The notes beneath the pieces were generated by a model. The model had not been told where the DNA came from, did not search any database, and saw only the letters and a list, made by a program, of their open reading frames with translations. DNA of 32,000 bases from Desulfocapsa sulfexigens DSM 10523 (GTDB lineage: Bacteria; Desulfobacterota; Desulfobulbia; Desulfobulbales; Desulfocapsaceae): NCBI RefSeq assembly GCF_000341395.1, contig NC_020304.1:3060001-3092000 (forward strand). The letters run 5' to 3'. The translations under genes were made by a program, and so were the position numbers. Of the stretch, positions 26,389 through 32,000 are shown piece by piece (within the stretch, counting starts at the first letter, position 1; every line of letters begins with the position of its first letter).

Positions 26389-27663
26389 ATGGACGATATC
26401 GAGAATAAAGAACATCAATGTAACTGTTCCTTCTGTGGAAAAGATCAGGGTGAAGTGGCAAAACTTATCGCCGGTCCTGATGTTTTTATTTGTGACGAGT
26501 GTATTGAACTCTGTAATGAAATCGTTCGTGATGAAGAGGCTGCAGAAATATCTGACAATCAGAATGATCTGGTAAAACAGCTGAAGCCCATGGAAATGAA
26601 GAAACATCTTGATGACTATGTGATTGGGCAGGATTTTGCAAAGAAAGTTCTCTCTGTTGCGGTACACAACCATTACAAGCGCATAGATGCTCCTGTTTCA
26701 GATGATGCGGTAGAACTACAGAAATCTAACATTATTCTTATTGGCCCTACTGGCAGCGGGAAAACACTTGTGGCCCAGACTCTTGCCAGAGTACTGAATG
26801 TTCCTTTTTGCATTGCCGATGCAACGACTCTTACTGAAGCTGGTTACGTTGGTGATGATGTTGAAAACATTCTTGTTAATCTTCTTCAGTCTGCTGATCA
26901 TGATATTGAACGTGCCGAACGTGGTATTATCTATATCGATGAGATTGATAAGATTGCCAGGAAATCAGATAGTGCATCTCTTACCCGTGATGTGTCCGGA
27001 GAGGGCGTTCAGCAGGCTCTGCTGAAAATCATTGAAGGTACCGTCGCGTCCATTCCTCCCAAGGGCGGTCGCAAACACCCACAGCAGGAACTTGTGAAGA
27101 TTGACACCACCAATATACTTTTTATCTGTGGCGGAGCTTTTGTCGGTCTTGATGCCGTTGTCAAAAGAAGAGGTGGTAGGAAGTCCATAGGCTTTGGTGC
27201 CAAAGTTGCTAATGATAAGGATCAGAAGATTGGAGAGATTCTTGAGTTGGTGCAACCTGAGGATCTGTTAAAGTTTGGTCTTATTCCAGAATTGGTAGGT
27301 CGTTTGCCCGTAATTGCAACCATGCGTGAACTTGAGGAAGAAGATCTTATTCGTATCCTGAAGGAGCCTCGAAATGCTCTTACCAAACAGTATCAACGCC
27401 TCTTTGAGCTTGAGAACATCCGTCTTCGTTTCACAGAGGGCGCGCTCTCTGCCATCGCTCAAAAGGCACTGAAACGTAAGTCTGGTGCTCGTGGATTACG
27501 TTCTGTGATGGAAGCGGCAATGCTTGATGTTATGTATGATTTGCCATCAAAAGAAAATGTTCAGGAATGCGTTATCAGTGAACAGGTTATCAATGATGGT
27601 GACTATCCGGTTATCCTGTATGCAAACCCTTCCGAGGATAAACGCCTTGAAAGTGCAGGTTAA
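26389..27663 (+). CDS. clpX: ATP-dependent Clp protease ATP-binding subunit ClpX
   Basis: C4 zinc finger [11 protein letters not shown]...[10 protein letters not shown]; Walker A GPTGSGKT; start at 26389. The tracked ORF 5' extension from 26341 overlaps clpP. Confidence 0.97.
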   Translation: MDDIENKEHQCNCSFCGKDQGEVAKLIAGPDVFICDECIELCNEIVRDEEAAEISDNQNDLVKQLKPMEMKKHLDDYVIGQDFAKKVLSVAVHNHYKRIDAPVSDDAVELQKSNIILIGPTGSGKTLVAQTLARVLNVPFCIADATTLTEAGYVGDDVENILVNLLQSADHDIERAERGIIYIDEIDKIARKSDSASLTRDVSGEGVQQALLKIIEGTVASIPPKGGRKHPQQELVKIDTTNILFICGGAFVGLDAVVKRRGGRKSIGFGAKVANDKDQKIGEILELVQPEDLLKFGLIPELVGRLPVIATMRELEEEDLIRILKEPRNALTKQYQRLFELENIRLRFTEGALSAIAQKALKRKSGARGLRSVMEAAMLDVMYDLPSKENVQECVISEQVINDGDYPVILYANPSEDKRLESAG

Positions 27664-27696
27664 GTGTTTATTTTGTAATATGTGTCGATTGCAGAA

Positions 27697-27719
27697 GCCG
27701 ACTCGTGTCGGCGATTTTT
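27697..27719 (+). terminator. Terminator hairpin between clpX and lon
   Basis: GCCGAC-TCGT-GTCGGC perfect 6-bp stem followed by gattttta. Confidence 0.55.
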
Positions 27720-27743
27720 AACAGAATGTGAGAAATATCCATA

Positions 27744-30140
27744 ATGGAAACCAGTCTATATCCCCTTATGTCGCTTCGTGACATTGTTATCTTCCCGCAC
27801 ATGGTAGCTCCTTTGGTTGTTGGGAGAAGTAAATCTATCCATGCGCTCGAAGACGCCATGGAAAAAAGAACCGAAATTCTCCTTGTTGCTCAGGAAGATT
27901 CAAAGGTTGACGATCCTGAAGAGGGTGAAATATACAGGGTTGGTACTCTTGCAGTTGTTATGCAGCTTCTTCGACTGCCCGATGGGACCATTAAGGCTTT
28001 AATTGAAGGAAAAAGAAGGGCAGAAATCGTCTCTTTTCTTCCCCATGAAGAATTCATGCAGGCCGAGGTGCGTTTGCGTGAAGATACTGATGCAGATGGT
28101 CAGGAAGCCGAAGTCTTTGGCCGCAGACTTCGCACGGTCTTCGAGAATTTTGCTGAAATTAACCGTAAAATACCACGAGAGGTATTGAAGTCAGTCCAGA
28201 AAATCGAAACAAACAGTAAGCTGGTTGATGTTGTCAGCGCTCATTTACCACTGAAGTCAAATGAGAAGCAGGCTATTCTTGAGATTGATTCCGTCCCGAA
28301 AAGAATAGAAAAGGTTCTTGAGTGTATTAATCGTGAAATTGAACTTGCCGAACTTGAAAAGGATATAAACGCCAGGGTAAAAAAACGTATGGGGAAAACC
28401 CAGCGTAACTATTTTCTTGGTGAAAAGGTAAAGGTTATCCAAAACGAAATCGGTCAGAACGAGGATGGTGTAGATGAAATAGGTGAGCTGGAACAGTCAC
28501 TGGAAAAGAAAAATCTTCCCAAAATCGTTCGGGATAAGGCGGTAAAAGAGTTAAAAAAACTTCGTAATATGCCACCAATGTCGGCTGAAACTACTGTCGT
28601 AAGAAATTATATCGATTGTATACTGACCCTTCCATGGAGCAAAAAAACACGCGCTAGACTCGATATTAATAAGGCCGAAAAAATCCTCGATGAAGATCAT
28701 TATGGACTTGAGAAGCCAAAGGAAAGAATCCTTGAGTATCTTGCCGTTCAAGCCCAGGTTAAAAAACTTCAGGGGCCTATAATTTGTCTTGTGGGTCCCC
28801 CTGGTGTCGGAAAGACTTCCATCACCAAATCCATTGCCCGCGCTATGGGACGGAAATTTACCCGTATTTCACTGGGAGGTGTCCGTGATGAAGCAGAGAT
28901 TAGAGGGCACCGAAGGACTTATGTTGGTGCAATGCCTGGTAAAATTATTCAAATGATGCAGAAAGTTGGTGTTGCAAATCCCGTTTTTTGTCTTGATGAA
29001 GTTGATAAAATGAGTACTGATTTTCGTGGTGATCCTTCTTCTGCTCTTCTTGAAGTCCTTGATCCAGAACAGAACAATGCTTTCAATGATCACTATCTTG
29101 ATCTTGATTATGATTTATCTGAAATCTTTTTTATTACCACTGCCAATAACCTTGAAGGGATCCCTTTACCCCTTCAGGACAGGATGGAAATTATCCGCTT
29201 AAATGGATACACAGAAGAAGAAAAACAAAAAATTGCAGAGGGCTACCTGATCCCAAAACAGTTGAAATTAAATGGGTTTAAACCCGATGATATCACTTTG
29301 ACGAGCGGGGGAATTCTTGAAATTATCAGGCGTTATACCCGAGAGGCAGGGGTAAGGAATTTCGAACGTACCATCGCCTCTGTGTTTAGGAAAATTGCCA
29401 GAGAGCGCCTTAAGTCAAAAACGAAATCTAAGAAGTACAAGGTTTCGGTAAATGGCATAAATAAATATCTTGGCACGCCCAAGTTTCGCTTTGGTCTTGC
29501 TGAAGAACGAAATGAGGTTGGCCTGGTAACAGGGCTTGCCTGGACTTCAGTTGGTGGAGAATTACTGCAGATTGAGGCAACCCTTATGCCTGGTACCGGG
29601 AAAATGATGGTAACCGGTAAGCTGGGGGAAGTTATGCAGGAATCTGCTCAGGCAGCACTGAGCTATGTGCGTTCACGAGCAATGCGATTAGGGCTTGCAC
29701 CTGATTTCTATCAGAAACTTGACATCCATATTCATGTACCAGAGGGTGCTGTGCCAAAGGATGGACCATCGGCTGGTGTAACCATGGCAACAGCATTGGT
29801 TTCTGCCATCTTAAAGATTCCCGTCGACCATGAAGTGGCGATGACTGGTGAGATAACACTGCGTGGCAGAGTTCTTCCAATCGGTGGCCTTACTGAAAAG
29901 TTACTGGCCGCCAAACGAGGGAATGTGAAAACCGTCTTGATTCCAAAAGAAAATGAACGCAATCTTGCAGATGTTCCAGCAACCATTCGCAAAAGTTTAG
30001 AGGTTCATTGTCTGGACAATGTTGACCAAGTGTTGGAAAAATCGCTTGTATTAAAAGATGGTGAAACTCTGTTTAAGGATGTGCCGCATTCCTCTGTATA
30101 TAGTGACTTTACACTGTCTTCACATAATAGTCCTCATTGA
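27744..30140 (+). CDS. lon: ATP-dependent endopeptidase La (Lon)
   Basis: LVGPPGVGKTSITKSIARAM, LDEVDKM, C-terminal proteolytic PKDGPSAGVTMATALVS with downstream catalytic Lys region. Confidence 0.97.
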   Translation: METSLYPLMSLRDIVIFPHMVAPLVVGRSKSIHALEDAMEKRTEILLVAQEDSKVDDPEEGEIYRVGTLAVVMQLLRLPDGTIKALIEGKRRAEIVSFLPHEEFMQAEVRLREDTDADGQEAEVFGRRLRTVFENFAEINRKIPREVLKSVQKIETNSKLVDVVSAHLPLKSNEKQAILEIDSVPKRIEKVLECINREIELAELEKDINARVKKRMGKTQRNYFLGEKVKVIQNEIGQNEDGVDEIGELEQSLEKKNLPKIVRDKAVKELKKLRNMPPMSAETTVVRNYIDCILTLPWSKKTRARLDINKAEKILDEDHYGLEKPKERILEYLAVQAQVKKLQGPIICLVGPPGVGKTSITKSIARAMGRKFTRISLGGVRDEAEIRGHRRTYVGAMPGKIIQMMQKVGVANPVFCLDEVDKMSTDFRGDPSSALLEVLDPEQNNAFNDHYLDLDYDLSEIFFITTANNLEGIPLPLQDRMEIIRLNGYTEEEKQKIAEGYLIPKQLKLNGFKPDDITLTSGGILEIIRRYTREAGVRNFERTIASVFRKIARERLKSKTKSKKYKVSVNGINKYLGTPKFRFGLAEERNEVGLVTGLAWTSVGGELLQIEATLMPGTGKMMVTGKLGEVMQESAQAALSYVRSRAMRLGLAPDFYQKLDIHIHVPEGAVPKDGPSAGVTMATALVSAILKIPVDHEVAMTGEITLRGRVLPIGGLTEKLLAAKRGNVKTVLIPKENERNLADVPATIRKSLEVHCLDNVDQVLEKSLVLKDGETLFKDVPHSSVYSDFTLSSHNSPH

Positions 30141-30199
30141 TCTTTTTTGCTTGACGCCTTTGGGCCTTATTGGTAAATAGATGTGCACGATGATTGAGG

Positions 30200-30275
30200 G
30201 GGCGGTTAGCTCAGCTGGGAGAGCATCGGCCTTACAAGCCGAGGGTCACAGGTTCGATCCCTGTACCGCCCACCA
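30200..30275 (+). tRNA. tRNA-Val (anticodon TAC)
   Basis: GGGCGGTTAGCTCAGCTGGGAGAGCATCGGCCTTACAAGCCGAGGGTCACAGGTTCGATCCCTGTACCGCCCACCA. Confidence 0.96.
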
Positions 30276-30302
30276 CTCAATATTGTAGACTATGTCTAAT
30301 CT

Positions 30303-30379
30303 GGAGCGGTAGTTCAGTTGGTTAGAATACCGGCCTGTCACGCCGGGGGTCGCGGGTTCGAGCCCCGTCCGCTCCGCCA
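30303..30379 (+). tRNA. tRNA-Asp (anticodon GTC)
   Basis: GGAGCGGTAGTTCAGTTGGTTAGAATACCGGCCTGTCACGCCGGGGGTCGCGGGTTCGAGCCCCGTCCGCTCCGCCA. Confidence 0.96.
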
Positions 30380-30386
30380 GATATAT

Positions 30387-30424
30387 TAAGGGTTTCAGCC
30401 GAATTGGTTGAAACCCTTTTTTTG
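30387..30424 (+). terminator. Terminator of the tRNA-Val/tRNA-Asp unit
   Basis: aagggtttca-gccgaattgg-ttgaaaccctt followed by a T run. Confidence 0.8.
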
Positions 30425-30503
30425 TTTTGAGCCTTTTCCTATTCATTTCTTCAAGGAATGCCGGCTATCTCTGATGTCTGGTAGAAAAAACTAGAAAGGT
30501 GGT

Positions 30504-30812
30504 TTAGCCGCGGTGGATTGCGTATATTTTTGAATGCGAGAATTCTACTAATTCTCCAATGTCGACAATCAATTCCATTTGACCTGGGGGACCTTTGTAG
30601 ACATGGTGGGTTGCCGCACCATGGCAGGTGTTCCCAAAATCCGTACTGGAATGAACTTCTATTGTTAGATATTCTGAAAAATCAGTCTCAACACCAACTA
30701 TTTCACCATCATCGGGTAGTCTGGACATATTAACTGTGCCGCTTGCTGAACCTGTGATCATTACACGTGCCTTACGTTCTCTAAGAATTAGATTAATATT
30801 TCTGTATGGCAT
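30504..30812 (-). CDS. Hypothetical protein (102 aa)
   Basis: ORF with AGGAG RBS upstream of the ATG at 30812; no family recognised. Confidence 0.55.
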   Translation of the reverse strand: MPYRNINLILRERKARVMITGSASGTVNMSRLPDDGEIVGVETDFSEYLTIEVHSSTDFGNTCHGAATHHVYKGPPGQMELIVDIGELVEFSHSKIYAIHRG

Positions 30813-31077
30813 TCCGGGGTTCTCCTAAGTTAAAAAATTATTTTTTTCATCTTCAAAAAAAAGGCTGCAAGGCGAGATAGCAGAGTACATTGGTACTAGA
30901 TACTTACAACACCTATTCTGTTACCATGGCTGCTCCATTATTTGTATAGGCGGAATGCTTATTATGCTTTTTATTATACGTTGTCTTGTGAAAATAATTT
31001 GTTGAAACAGTCCGCTTAAAGTGGAGATAATTTTACTTTTGTTCGGCTGACTGTTTAGTTTGATACAACTAACAGGT

Positions 31078-32000
31078 CTACTCCTTCTCGCTGAACTGCA
31101 GAACAAGATCCTGAAAACTTTCTGGTGATGAGAGGCAGGTCCGTCCTTCACTGCATCTACTGAGGAGAAAGCAAAAATCGAGAAATTCATCAATTAATCG
31201 AGTCTTTGCTTTATTCTTATGCTGAATAACATAGAGTTGTCGCAGCATATCCACTCCATCGAGATGGATTTTCTGGAGCCAGCCACGATTGATTGCCCTG
31301 CATACGGTCAGACTTGAAAGGCAGCCAACCCCTGCACCAGCTTCAACAGCCTTTTTAATAGCCTCAGTATGACCTAACTCCATCACCACGTTGAGGTCTG
31401 TTACATACTTACCAAGTTTGCTTTTGAATATTTGGGCTGTTCCTGATCCCGCTTCACGCATTACCCATTTGAATTTTTTTATGTCGGTTGTGACATCACA
31501 GACTTCTTCTGGTTCTGTGTTTTTGGTACAGCGAGTGATAAGAACAAGTTCGTCTTGAAACCAGGGGGTTACGGCAACCTGTTCGTTGTTCACCTCACCT
31601 TCTACAAAGCCCAGGTCAACTGCACGGTCAATAATTAGTTTTTCTGCTGTTTTGGTATTATAAACCAGCATATTGAAATGAACATCGGGATGCATACTTT
31701 TAAAAGCTGTTATCAGATAGGGTAAGACGTAGTTACCTATAGTAGAACTGGCCACCAGATTCAGAGAACCTGCAAACTGACCATCCTTCTCATTCATCAA
31801 GCTGTCGAGGTCTTCTAATTTGTCGAGTATTTCTCGGCTGAGGGGAAGAAAGTACCGGCCTCTGTCGTTTAGTTCCAGGCTTCTTCCAGAACGATCAAAC
31901 AGTGACCCACCAAGCTGATTTTCCATTTCATTCAAGGCAAGGCTCACAGCCGATTGAGTAATAAAAAGGCTCTGAGCAGCTCTCGTGACTTGACCTGTTT
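31078..32000 (-). CDS. LysR-family transcriptional regulator, 5' end beyond the window
   Basis: HTH region ...TGQVTRAAQSLFITQSAVSLALNEMENQLGGSLFDRSGR runs off the window edge; substrate-binding domain follows. Confidence 0.9.
   Translation of the reverse strand, partial: TGQVTRAAQSLFITQSAVSLALNEMENQLGGSLFDRSGRSLELNDRGRYFLPLSREILDKLEDLDSLMNEKDGQFAGSLNLVASSTIGNYVLPYLITAFKSMHPDVHFNMLVYNTKTAEKLIIDRAVDLGFVEGEVNNEQVAVTPWFQDELVLITRCTKNTEPEEVCDVTTDIKKFKWVMREAGSGTAQIFKSKLGKYVTDLNVVMELGHTEAIKKAVEAGAGVGCLSSLTVCRAINRGWLQKIHLDGVDMLRQLYVIQHKNKAKTRLIDEFLDFCFLLSRCSEGRTCLSSPESFQDLVLQFSEKE

Noticed and set aside
30200-30500. tRNA-Val/tRNA-Asp pair as a mobile element attachment site
   Set aside because: No integrase, transposase or direct repeat of the tRNA 3' ends seen nearby in the window.
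1-32000. CRISPR arrays, toxin-antitoxin pairs, phage-defence cassettes, restriction-modification genes
   Set aside because: Looked for repeat-spacer patterns and known domain signatures in all listed ORFs; none present.

Overview
Chromosomal window with mostly housekeeping content, probably from a Desulfobulbales-like or other delta-proteobacterial-type bacterium (lineage is my impression, low confidence). Contents left to right: acnA; a FecCD/BtuCDF-type ABC transporter followed by an FmdE-like protein; a PEP-CTERM protein; a SHOCT-domain protein; a decayed multicopper oxidase; a DUF1566/Lcl-type protein; a cNMP-binding/DUF4388 protein (-); a second PEP-CTERM protein (-); a metallophosphoesterase (-); a 39-aa Lys-rich protein (-). 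A compact minus-strand operon follows: cytidylyltransferase-like, PLP aminotransferase/decarboxylase-like, CDP-alcohol phosphatidyltransferase, ATP-grasp. Then a Tat-signal, M15-like protein, tRNA-Leu, a fused YbeY-PdxJ ORF, phoH and a DsbA-like protein (all -), followed by tRNA-Leu, tig, clpP, clpX, lon, tRNA-Val, tRNA-Asp (all +) and an edge-truncated LysR regulator (-). The best candidate for an undescribed system is the four-gene operon at 14492-18506. It looks like activation, decarboxylation or transamination, and lipid transfer of a phospho-amino head group, without a PEP mutase in the window. Other observations worth checking: the YbeY-PdxJ in-frame fusion, where one fewer A in an A8 tract would restore a canonical ATGA overlap; a multicopper oxidase remnant with a G7 frameshift; and three related terminator hairpins. 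No CRISPR array, transposase, integrase or phage module was seen.
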